DNA from: Leptogorgia sarmentosa
Taxonomy: Eukaryota
Reading direction: 5' to 3'
NCBI GenBank assembly: GCA_964658305.1
Contig: OZ210884.1
Location: forward strand, 4,402,001-4,466,000
Length of the DNA: 64,000 bases
A program made the position numbers and the translations under genes. Within the stretch, counting starts at the first letter, position 1. The number at the start of each line of letters is the position of its first letter. The notes beneath the pieces were generated by a model. It was not told the origin of the DNA. It did no database searches and worked only from the letters and a program-made list of their open reading frames with translations. This document shows, piece after piece, positions 36,702 to 48,792 of this stretch.

Positions 36702-39700
36702 ATGGAGACGTCGGAAAATTATCGCGTAACAAGAAAATCTTGCCGCGTAAATAACACCAATAGCGACCGGAAATGGAACTTCTACGAACTGGCTAGAATA
36801 AAAAGTACATTCCACATGCACATTAGGTCACGTCGCCGGTTTGTTAAATTCTTATTGATGATGGGCTGCTTCACAATACTCTTTTTCTTAATATCTTCAC
36901 TTTTAATGTACACATTTAAGAGTTGTGTCAGGCGGGCCTACAACACTAACATTACGTTCAACGAAGCTGGTGTAATAGATACAAGCAGCCGATGGAAAAA
37001 GCTTGGACTCGAAACATATCTATTCACTGCTTATATGGATGATCGTATTCCAGACTCCACTCTAATATCAGTTTTGGGGTTTGATAGTCATTCAGAACTT
37101 CTTCTTGATGGCACGTTGCTGCTTCACGGTGGCGAGAGAATTCCCCTCGGTACTTGTAAAGAGAAAAGAGCTCTAAACCCAAAATCATCCAAACAACTCA
37201 AGCCCTACGCATATCTGTGGCCGTTACCGTCTCAGGTTACCAATGCAACTGACCTCAAGTCGATCCTTGTACAACAGCTTCGTTCCATACCAGGTAATGT
37301 GAAGTAGACAGCAAGATACAGAAAAATAGCCATGCAGATATTTTTTCCATATCTTCACCGGTGATCATTTACAACAAATAAATTTGTTTTCAAAATGCCA
37401 ATGGTTGTCTAAGAGTGGTGAATCAATTTTTGTTCTTTGGTCACTGAAAGAACAACATGTTTTTGTCGAGAAAATGGATAATAAATTAAATTTGGATAAT
37501 ATGTAATTGTTCGAAGAAAATAGGATTATCGAAAATAGGATTATCGACCAAAAATTCACATTGCCAACTTGGGTTTATCACCATAAATTATAATGAGAAG
37601 AAAATGACACGGTGCCTTGTAGATATGAATTTTTTCTTCTCGTGGTAAAATGATATGTGGTAAAATCTTTTCACCACTCGAAAATAAAATTCATATATTC
37701 GCGCCGCGTTGTATTATTCCTCTGACTAATAATTTTCATAAATTTATTCGTCAACTTGACTTGACAACTTTAAGCTATCGTCAAGAAATTAAAATTAAAC
37801 GATATTTTTGCGCAATGATATTCAAAAATTATTGATATAAATTTAATGTATTCTTGAATTGTCAAACGAGTGGATGCGGGTCGACTTAATTAGAACTTTA
37901 TTTAGTTTTTCCACTTTTAATTGGCGTGACCTTTATTAAGTTTTGCAAGCACTCCAAAGAACATTGATTACTATATTTAGCTACAGTGAGATAAAAGAAA
38001 TTATAATATTGTGGTTATTATCGTATAATAATAATTAAGTTACATCCATCTTTCTTCTAGCAATAAAATATACAACTGTCCTAAAATTATCTGCGTTCAG
38101 AGTTTGTAATTTTAGTCTTATCAGAGGAGTGGGCAAAATGCTATTATTGCTATAGGATCAAAATGCACAAGCAGGGCCGTCGCTAGAACGTTAATTGGGG
38201 GGGGGGGAGCATATTCATATTTTGGCGTTCTGGCGACTGATTTCTTTAGAAATTAGTCCATAAACAACTGATTTCAAAAGAAATCAGTCGGCAGAACGCC
38301 AAAATATGAATATGCACCCCCCAATTAGCGTTCTAGCGACGGCCCTGTGCACAAGTACCGAATTATGTAAGTTCAATTTTCTTCATTTAGATGCAACAGC
38401 AGTTGAAATCCAAATCAAGCTTCCGGTATTTTCAAGAAAAACATTTGGGGTTTGCATTGAGTCACCTTTATTCGGGCCTATAAAAGCGACGACCATTATT
38501 GAAAACATCGAAATTAACAAAGTGCTTGGTGCAGAATGGTTTACATTTTACATCTACAAAGCTGATCAAGCAGTAATTCAGGTAGTCGCATACTCTTTTG
38601 TAGTGGCGTCGTGTGAGCAGGGCCGTCGCTAGAACGTTAATTGGGGGGGGGGGGGGGTGCATATTCATATTTTGGCGTTCTGCCGACTGATTTCTTTAGA
38701 AATTAATTCATAAACAACTGATTTCAAAAAGAAATCAGTCGGCACAACGCCAAAATATGAATATGCACCCCCCCCCCCCAATTAACGTTCTAGCGACGGC
38801 CCTGCGTGTGAGCTGTGCAACAGCTAGGGGAGGGCCTTTTCCGAAACAAATATTTTACTTTTACCACATGAAAATTGGAGGGGGCAGGTGTAACGGTGTC
38901 TTGCCTGACAAAAGGGAACAGTCATAATAATCAGGCGTTTTGAGTGTGGCGTTCTGATCATAATTTTAAAAATTTGCCCACGAATGTTAATAAGCAATTT
39001 GAATTATGGGGAGGTGGAATCTGACGATGCGCCACCTTGGTTGGTGCCAAGCGAGAAAATGTTGAACAACTAGAACATTTAGATCGCTGGAAATGGCTAT
39101 TTCATGATCGTATCAAAAGAATATTTGTGAGGAAAAATGGCTTGTTTGGGGGCAAGCTTTACAGCAACCTAACCCGACCTTTCATTACTTTTTCCGGATG
39201 AGCGTACGTTTCAACCAGTAATGTTTAACGAAGTGTCGCGCTATAATTTCTAAAACAAAATGCATTTCTTAAGTAAAGAAGAGGTTGAATAATTATGTCT
39301 CAGTCAGTTCATCATTGTTCTCAATATGAGAAAAAATATGGATACTTTATACGCCCACGTGAATTAATACCATCAAACAAAAGCAATAATTTTTGACATG
39401 ATGATCAGCTAGTTTTTCCGATAACCGTTTGAATTTCCAAAAATTTCCGACAAGCCTCAATTTCTAGCGCGGACCATTGCTCTCCCCTGCAGCCCACTTG
39501 AACACGAAGCCACTACTTTTTTCAAAAGGAAACACTGATGTATAACCTGTAACCATGTGGCATATTCAGCGTTATTACTTCTTTTATAGGTGCTTCATGA
39601 ATATGCGGCTGAAGGAACAGTTGAAATCGTTGAGAATTGGGGAGACGGTTTGCCTGAAGATGATGTGCATTATTATGGTCAAACACTGAGTATCAATGAA

Positions 39701-40264
39701 TGCGCTTACAGGAATATGTACAGGGTAAATTACCTAGTATACACTGATTTGGACGAGTTCATTGTTCCCAGAAAATCAATTGGATGGGCGAACATGATGA
39801 AGGAAATAGAGAATGACAGATATGCAACTTATATGTTCAGAAATGCATTCTTCTTCGAAAAAATACACAACTCGGCACTGGACAAAAGAAAAGGCATGGT
39901 GAGGTTTTCTCACAATGGATCGTGTGGCGTCAAATTGCCAAAATTTTTAACCTCCGTCTATCGTTCATGGAATGTTTATGAAGCGGAAGTAAAGTCAAAA
40001 TACATTATAAAACCTTTTTGCCCGTCCGTTTGTCTCGTGCACGAAGTCATACACAAAGGAAATTACGCCCTGTATGTTGTACCACCAGATTATGCATTGA
40101 TGAACCACTATCGAACTTTTCGTAATGGGGAATTGCCGGATGAGGAAAACATAGAAGGCCGCCAACGTATTCTGGATTGGGTAACGGTTGTCTATCTAGA
40201 AAAGATTGCTGCAGGATTGAGCGGACGTTTGTGTCGTCCACGGAAAGGAAATCCTAACAAATAA
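36702..40264 (+). CDS. GT92/DUF23 glycosyltransferase, copy 4 (chimeric); exons 36702-37293, 38391-38581, 39590-40264
   Basis: Same exon structure and motifs as copy 3; open frames and GT-AG junctions. Confidence 0.88.
38172..38347. mobile_element. hAT-type MITE, 8 bp TSD TGCACAAG (copy at 60079-60261)
   Basis: CAGGGCCGTCGCTAGAACG...CGTTCTAGCGACGGCCCTG; empty site at 13701-13708. Confidence 0.92.
38618..38804. mobile_element. hAT-type MITE, same family, 8 bp TSD CGTGTGAG (copy at 60532-60720)
   Basis: Same TIRs; empty site TGTGTGAG at ~13962-13969. Confidence 0.92.
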
Positions 40265-43200
40265 AAACTTCAGAGAATTTAGACATTAATTTCAGATTGT
40301 GAAATATAATATAGAGTTGGAACATTTTTATCATATAGTGGCGGTGAGCAGTGACGTAACTAGAAGTCAACGTAAATTTCGGGGCTGAGGGGAGGAGAGG
40401 GAGTGGGGGTATATTCACAGATTCATGTTCTGTCCAACGGATTGCTTTTCAAAACAATTCTAACACAACCAGTGGTGTAGAAAGAACGATAATTGAGGGT
40501 GGGGGGAATATTCATATATTCATGTTCTGCGTTATTTATTTCTTTTCAAATCCATTGTTTTTATCGTATGTGAACACGAATATATGAATATGCCCCCCCC
40601 CCCCGCCCCAATTATCGTTCTGGCTGCGCCACTGAACACAACAGATTTCAGATTTGATATTATACAGTATGGTGGTCGAATTGCAGCCCCAAAAGCATAT
40701 GACGAATAAATATTTCATATCATTTACGTGCATGCTGTTCGTAGCTATAAGGTGAGCGAGCTCATTTAGCTTGGTTGTTCCTTTTATATATTTCTAACTT
40801 TGTGTTCATATAGAGAGCAGACTCACCCGGCTAGGCGAGATCTGAACTTCATTATTTATAAGCATAACCCCGCTCTAGGCTGGGATCTCAGTAAAGTTGG
40901 ATGGACACTTCATCTCACCTGTACTGTCATGATTTGAATTATTTAAAAAATCAGAAAACTTTGACCTGGAATATGGTAATATTGTGGAACGGCAAAATTT
41001 AGAAAACATTAAAATAAACATTAAGATATGTATCTATAGTCATGTGAAAACAGAAATACTTCATGTCCCACTAAGCGATCTTTCCTCTAAACCGGATCAT
41101 ATGCACAGGTCCTTAGAATTGTATGGCGAATTCGAAGGTTGAAACATAAGCTAGGAAGTAAAACTTAAATATGCATGGACATTGAAGAGTGGAATAATAA
41201 ATTTTAAAATTACGGCGAAAAGCATGTTTTCGCCGTAAAAGATTCTGTTTAAAGTATGGTAAACTAGTTTAAATCGGGACGATCAATCTGCATGTAGTTT
41301 CTTCTCACTATACAACGACTTTCTTCCGTTGGATTTAATAAATTTCTTTAGGCAAATTTAGGATGCTAAACGGTAAAATAAAGCGATATAAATTGTATTA
41401 TGTTGTATCATGTGATGGCATGTAAACATTTGTCTAAATTATTTTCATAATTTTAAACCTTGTGAACACAAATCGTCTTTTTATAGATTGAATTCAATGA
41501 TACTCACACGTGGCTCAAGACAATAATTAAGATTAATATAGCTAAGCAAGTCGTACAATGAAGTGTCACGATTTTTTAAGCCCAATACAAGTACAGTTCG
41601 GTATTGTGCTTTAAGAGCTAAATTACACCCTTCAAAGTGAGTGGCATATAATTAACAATTAGACTATGAGCGAATAGTCAACGAGAACGAAGTCCGATTG
41701 ACTATTCGCCGACGGACAACGAGGTCGAGTTGTCTAATTGTTTTAGTATTCACTCTATGCCCAGAATTGTTTATATCAAGAAAATTCTTCAGAAACCTCG
41801 GCAAAACGCGAGTTTTCTGCAGCGGCCATATTGTTTCCCTTTGCTTTTTCGCGAACCGTCGTCTATCACAGAGTAGACAACGGCTGAGTAGCCAATCAGA
41901 ATGCAGCATTTGTAATAGACGATGGTTGGGTGTATACTAAGCTATATTAGTAGAATCATACTAGTATACTGTTGCAAATGCTGCAATTTGATTTGCTACT
42001 CTACTCGCTATCTATTCCTCGATAGATAGCGAGTAGCAAAACATGTGAATTTTCGTTAAAGAAAATGTCTTCTGAACGCGTTTTTAAATTATTTATTGCA
42101 ATATTTTCATGTTTGATCTCTGATTCTACTAAAACAATTAGATTACTCGCTCTCTATTTCTACAAGATGATAGTTGATTCGGGCTTCGCCCTCATCAACT
42201 ATCACCTCATAGAAATCTCGAGCTCGTAATCTAATTGTTAATTAGTATTAAACTTAAGAGTAGTCTATTACATATGCAGCGAAACGACGAAATTGCGAAA
42301 CTGTATTTGTCAGTTTAACAAAGTATAACTATTTACTTTATCGCTTCCCTTAAAATTAACTGTAACTTATATCTAACCACCCCCCACGCCAGTTTGCAGT
42401 GCTGATGAGGTCCGTTTTCTGTGACTGTAAGAAATAAACACTAGACACCCATTTTGGAAATGGCTATATGTGCGTGCGCACACGCAGGTTTATTGATAAA
42501 TAATGTTCCATAAATAATATCGCCGCAAGACCTCGACTCAGTTTGATATTTTCCAGTACAGCCCTCACTCTCAATTCATTAATACTCAGGGGCGTAACTA
42601 GAACGTTATAATTGAAGGCTCATACAGGGTGAGTCAGAAAAACTAATATTTTGAATTTCAAATTAGCTGCATTTCATCATTTTAATCCCACCGACGTTGC
42701 TTGAATATCCCATAGGTACGAAGCATGTCAAATAAAGAGACAAATTAATATATCAATTCCCTGTGGAAGTCATTCTAATTGCACGAAAAACTTACTCTGA
42801 GCACTCAGAGTCAGATGTATTATTGCATAGCTAATAATTAATTTTTAATGCGTCAGTTTTTTGTACTCACCCTGTGTATATTCGTGTTATGCGCAACGGA
42901 TTTCTTTTGAAATCAGTTGTTTTTTTTAATTTCAAAAGAGACCCGTCGGCCATGATCATGCTGTCCTATGTGTATACTAACAGTTTACCGTCATCTAATT
43001 ATGGCAACGAGCTATCGTATGGAATGACAACCAATCGACAACACTTCCAAAATTTTCTTCTGTCAGAATTCTACGATGAATAGGCGGCGACTTAACCATT
43101 CACTTGCTATAGACACGTACATTGCATACTCGTAAATGAACTGTCTTTTTCAGCATAATTATTTATCATCTGCGCGGGGGTTTTGTTTGAGCACGCAGGT

Positions 43201-44317
43201 GCGAGATTGGAGAGCTTTGCTGTTCTGAAATTTGACTTGCTTTAATTTTGAATGCCGACAGGTGAAAATATTTTGATGTGATTGACTGGTTGTTACGAAG
43301 CAATTGTATGTTATGCTGCATGTTAATATGACGGTGTGCCATAGAGAATGCGATGTTTCGTTGTACCAATGAGGCTGCGAGTATATACAATATTATAGTT
43401 TTGTATGCCTTTCATATCGCAATTATATTGTGTTATGTAGCTCTATAAGCATACTGTGACTGTACCAAACTGTAATTGTATTAAGCATAAAAATCGCGAC
43501 ACTTAATTCATAGTCTTATTTATTTATTATGAACTTTCATGAACGATGCGAGAAGATAGGATATGCAAGCGTGTAATTTTAGTGTGGGATAGCTAAAAAA
43601 TAATGGATATTTGCCCTCGTCGTTCTTGTTCCCACTAACTATCTTCTCTTTGTTTCTAACTGCCACAAGTGCTTCTAGGAGTACTAGAGTAAAGAGCGTG
43701 AATCATGAAAAATACAGTTTCTTTTTCTAATTAGTAATATGCGTGGGAGAAATAATTAGAAACTGTCTGAAGCTTTTTCCCAGATTAAATAAGAAAATAA
43801 CTTCGAATTCCGTTTTGAATGAGAAGTACGGTAGCCATTTCATAATGTGACGTATTATAAAAGCGATACGAAGATTGATGTTCCATGATAATTATGTAAA
43901 AGGTCCCTCAGCTGTTTAAGGAAGGCTCTATGACATCGTATCGGGAATATTCACCGTTGAAGAGAAACTCTTTAATAGTATCTTCCATAATGATTTATTT
44001 AGATTTTAATGCATCGTAGCTTTGTTTTATACATATATTGCAGCTTATAATCCCACGCATATAGCAATGATAGTGACAGCTGCATCCAATATTTGCATTG
44101 ATCATCGTGTTGAAATATTACCTCTAGACTATTAATTTTACAATTTACTCTAGTATAATTTCCTGTTGGCTATATAAGTTATCATTTTATGTTATATACT
44201 AGATATATACTAAAAATAGGCATGCATGCATGTTTTCCATATCAACATTTGATGATAGCTAGAAGTCAACGAAACCTTTTTTTCAAATTGTGAAAAATGC
44301 AAATTTTATGGTCACAG

Positions 44318-46762
44318 GTTTTATTGAGAGTGCGCGAGAGATCTACGTTTCAAGAAACAAGAATTCAGATGGTGCTTGCTACAAATAACAGAGAGTATCA
44401 TCTTTATTCCTCTTCAAGTGGCGGAAAAATTTTGGCAATGGTATGAGTTAAACCTTTTTAACAACTATGACGATCAAACTAAATTAAATAAGAATGAATA
44501 ATTCAAGAAGCGAGAAAAATGACCGTTTATCTTTTAGGCCTAGGTCAAACTTCGAGCTTTTCATGTGCCGAATCTAATGTTAATGATCAAAGTTCTTTGT
44601 TTGAGCTCGTTTGCATTAGGTTCTGCGCATAAAAAGTTCGACGTTTGACCTAGGCCTTAGTGAAACTACTCGTCAACCAAAGATTACGGATCGTCAAGAC
44701 TGTTCGCATAGTGTGTGAAACGCTAATTGACTGAATGTTTTTTTTCAGCCTGCAAATGAGGGAGAACAAGAGGCAGATAACCGAAACACCTGGGCACCAG
44801 AAAGACTTCTCTACGAACATCGATTGTTTACAGTTTTCCAGTCAGTAAAATACAGAGGATATTACTTATCCTGTGATGGCAGTGGCAAGGCAGTCTTGCA
44901 ACAGATTATAAACAAAGCTTACCGTCAGCCTAATCAATTATTTCTTACCATTGACCCAGGTACGTGTGTATGGCAGTGCTGTCGGCGTATCTATAATTTG
45001 CAGGGTGATTGCTAAATTATAATTTGCTAAATTGTTGTCATCTTCGCGAACAACTTATTTTGAAAACACTTGTTTCTATTATACAGGTTGTGAATATAAA
45101 ATCCTTCCCTTCTCTAAGCCTAACCCAGCACTAAACACAGCCATTCGGCCTGCTTCAAGCAATGCCGTGAGAGAAAAACTCAGACAAAAGCAAAAACTGT
45201 ATATGACAAGCTATTTTTACTGTTTCTTAGGTTCCCTGAACGGTAACAAGAAATTTTTGATCCAGCCAATTTCAGGTTTACAAAAACTGAACCATAATTA
45301 AACTCAAAATAATCATTATTAATGTCTTTTGTTAGGAAATGCAATCAGAGGAGTTAGTTTCGGTGGTGGGAATTCTGCTGCTCGACGGAAACGTGAAGTC
45401 ATAAAATCAAAAGCTCCTGAAGTTGGCAAACGTGTATTTTGGCAAACAACAAAGTCATACAAATCTACCAATTATAGACCACAACCACCCCCTCCACCAC
45501 AACCTAACTTTCCCTCACACAGGAAACCATTTCCTACACGTGCCCCACCACCTAAATACAGCTCTGTGGCAACGAACTTTAAACTTCCCCAAAATATTAC
45601 GTTCGTTTTATGCTTCTGGGTGAAAACGGAATCGGATTTTGCCCAACTTATTTCCGTGACAGAAAAAGTTCCGGAGAAGACGTATTACTATCACTGGAAG
45701 CGAAGATTTCCACATTGGAAGCCGGTTTCCACATTGTATACGCCAAAGAAGAAGGATAAACAAAAAAACATTATTAACGTCAGCATTTACAAAAGTTTTT
45801 TGAAGCTTGAAATTGGTTACAAACGCATAGAGAAGTAAGCACACAGTACAAAGAAAAGGGTCTTTTGGCCATACACTTTGCGAGAAATTTTGGCGAAAAC
45901 AAAACACAGGGACCATTTTGGTTGCATCCATGCAGGGCTGTTCTGTTTATAATTTCTGCCATTTCCGAATAGAAAAGAGAGCTGGGACTATAGTTATTTT
46001 GTTTTAGAAGAAAAAAAATGAACAATATGCCACACATGACATCTAGCCAGAAGTTTTCTTAAAGTTTTTCTAATTTCCTAAAGTTTTATGCGTAGCCCTT
46101 CTTGTCCCTCTAAACATGAACAAGTCCCAGTCCTTTGCTCGGTATTGGTGAATGGCTAGTTGAGGAGATGTTTTGGCTTGGTAAACATAGATTCACCCAT
46201 GCAAAAAAATAAAAATCAAACCGTAGGCTATGTTTTTAACTATTTGATATCACGGTATTCCGGCAACCCATTAGATTGCACACTTCCATGAAATGTAATC
46301 CGAATTTACTGTAATAATTTTATTTTTAGAAAGGTTCTGCATTGTCCGGTGTCCGATGGGAAATTTCACCAAATCTGCATTTCTCTCGACGAAAAACATC
46401 GGATTGAAGCGTACCAAGACAGCGTTGAGCATCTTAATGATACCTTGCCCGAGTTGGCATCTGATTTTGAAAACAGAAACAACCCGAGGACCCGCCGTGG
46501 TACGTTGAGGCTTGGTCGAGCACCCGGGATGAAAACGGCAACACTCGATGGCAGTCTGTTCCAGGTAAATCTCTGGGATCAATATCCCTCGTTCAGAATA
46601 AAGAGAATTGCCACTAACTGTGCGTGCGGAGGAGGGACTTTGGTTGGATGGGGTGACTTGCTGAAAGGAAGAATGTCCAATGCCAAATTTGATAGCGATT
46701 CTGTATGCCCCAAACTGGAAGGCTATAACTACGATGAAATTACACAAAACAGATTGATTTAG
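44318..46762 (+). CDS. Second copy of the FGF-like/pentraxin gene; exons 44318-44440, 44749-44959, 45087-45242, 45336-45834, 46330-46762; possibly frameshifted
   Basis: Near-identical to 19469-21930, with +1 nt at the start of the first visible exon and a 9 nt in-frame deletion in the second. Confidence 0.6.
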
Positions 46763-47772
46763 GCAGAAGGAATTGTTTTAAGGTACTTCAACATGAACGA
46801 AAAAGATAAATTAAAATCATATGACCAACTGTGAAACAATAAAACTGACAAGGTTTAATATATATTGTGTTATTAATTATCCTTTTTTTATATTTATATC
46901 GAAAGGAATGTGCTTGTATTCAAATAACAACGAATAAATTAATAGAAAAAGTGAAGCAGGAATATGTGGACTCACTGTAACTCATCTTAAATGTTTTATC
47001 ATTTTAATTATTTTGCGACACAATTGCGTAAGCTATATATATTGAATCATCGAACGTCATCTTAACATTGGTCATTAAACACGTATAAGTATCGTAGTGA
47101 AAAAAAAACCGCGAAGCTAGCAGCTTCACTCCAGAGTCCAGATAAATCTGAACTGTTGCAACCAGAACTGTTCCAACATATCGACTTATGGATCTTCGTT
47201 GATAATGATAATTACGGGGAACGTTATAATATAATGACCCTATATCTTACATTGAAGTTTATTATGAGGATCGATCGCTAAATTGGGAATAATATTTTTT
47301 GAAAAATAATTTGAAAAATTCAAAACATCACTTGCAACATTACATTAATGTGAAATATTTATTCAATGATTTTAAGAATAACGCTTGTTTGTCTATTCAT
47401 ATATATTTTGACAGCAGGAGATTTTTAATCATCGTTGTTATTCTAACAGTGTTTTTTAATCATCATTTATCATTATGCTCTAAAATTCAGCTGCTAAACT
47501 GTCGGCTTACATCTAATTTTTTATGCTGACTATATAGGTACTACCCTGTGTGAAATTTCTGCCTATATATAATTTAATAAGAATAAATTTCTGCTCCAAT
47601 CTTGGCCAAAATTGGTTCAAACCTACTGTCAAAATGCACGAGTTTTAAACACTGTTATCTCTGTTGCAACTACCATTAATAAAGTTAAAGCGTTCGAATC
47701 AATTACATAATTTATACAACTAAGGGTTCTTTATTTCCATGTTTCATTTTCCATGTTTCTTTGGTCGTTGTG

Positions 47773-48792
47773 TCATGTAAAGATTTGGCTCCGTTCATTT
47801 TCAACATTATTTGACCCACTTGCCACTACAGCTACTCTTTTCGTTTGTTGAAAGCATCGTTTAAACCCTTCGACAAGTTTCTGATCTAGCACTCCATAGA
47901 TCAAAGGGTTAACCGAAGAGGAACCCATTATGTACGAAACATAAAACAAACTCCTCGTGTAAATGTTTGTGAACCATCCAAAATCGTTTGCATCGGAAAT
48001 CCACCATATTTCGAAAGGTAGCACAGCTACAGCGAAAATCCCGACGCTCACAGCACTCACAATAAAAGTCCTTTTATTGCGGTGGTGGCGAACTCTTTGC
48101 GAGTGTTTGTGGGCTTCGATAAGTGATTGCTGCCCATCGTAAGAGTCCATTTTCCTTGTTTGTTGTATTAAAGCTTTGCAAATTTTGAAATAAAGCACTG
48201 ACATGATTGTAACGGGCAGTATATAATGAATGTTAATGGGAAAAAAAGTATAAATGAGGCGAAAGGTGTTGTTTGACCATTCCATGTGGCATCCTTTTAA
48301 TGGAGAAAACTTATAAGACAGAATGTAAGGAATGAGATAGATGGTTAAGATGCCGAAGAGAATAGGTGGTATAAATCTTAACTTCTTTCGAGAAACTGGG
48401 GGGTTTAAAGGTTTTAAAATGGCGCGATAACGAAAGACGCAAATGATAATCATAATTTGGATGCCAGACGTACAGGAAAACATCTCCAGATAACACCAAA
48501 TTTTGCAAGCGACTGTACTTGTGAACAGCCATTTGGGGGACCAGTTTTCGTAGTTTATTCTCAAGCCAGTCAACAGATGGAATATGTCGCACACTGCTAA
48601 AATTTGTACGAGGTAATAGTAGTTGCTCCTTAGCAATCGTGGCTGGTTCTTAATAGAGCAAACAACTAGAAGGTTCCCAGCGAGACCAAATATCAAAACC
48701 AAAGTTAATATTGTCGCGACAACATAGTCATTCCATTGCCTTTCTTCTGCCCTAACGCTGTAAGATAACGGCCGGCTCATGTTTCTATCCAT
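47773..48792 (-). CDS. Intronless class A GPCR (orphan, neuropeptide-receptor-like), 339 aa
   Basis: Full ATG-to-stop ORF with 7 TM segments, N-glycosylation site NMS, and GN, LAVCD, FRY and NPLIY motifs. Confidence 0.88.
   Translation of the reverse strand: MDRNMSRPLSYSVRAEERQWNDYVVATILTLVLIFGLAGNLLVVCSIKNQPRLLRSNYYYLVQILAVCDIFHLLTGLRINYENWSPKWLFTSTVACKIWCYLEMFSCTSGIQIMIIICVFRYRAILKPLNPPVSRKKLRFIPPILFGILTIYLIPYILSYKFSPLKGCHMEWSNNTFRLIYTFFPINIHYILPVTIMSVLYFKICKALIQQTRKMDSYDGQQSLIEAHKHSQRVRHHRNKRTFIVSAVSVGIFAVAVLPFEIWWISDANDFGWFTNIYTRSLFYVSYIMGSSSVNPLIYGVLDQKLVEGFKRCFQQTKRVAVVASGSNNVENERSQIFT

Larger units (their letters stand above)
14800..39700 (+). repeat. First unit of a recent near-identical tandem segmental duplication; second unit ~39700-61600
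   Basis: Collinear near-identity with offsets ~24.83 kb (exon 3 to pentraxin gene), ~24.31 kb (after the 22643 MITE) and 21971 bp (Gypsy). Offset changes match visible indels. Confidence 0.9.
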
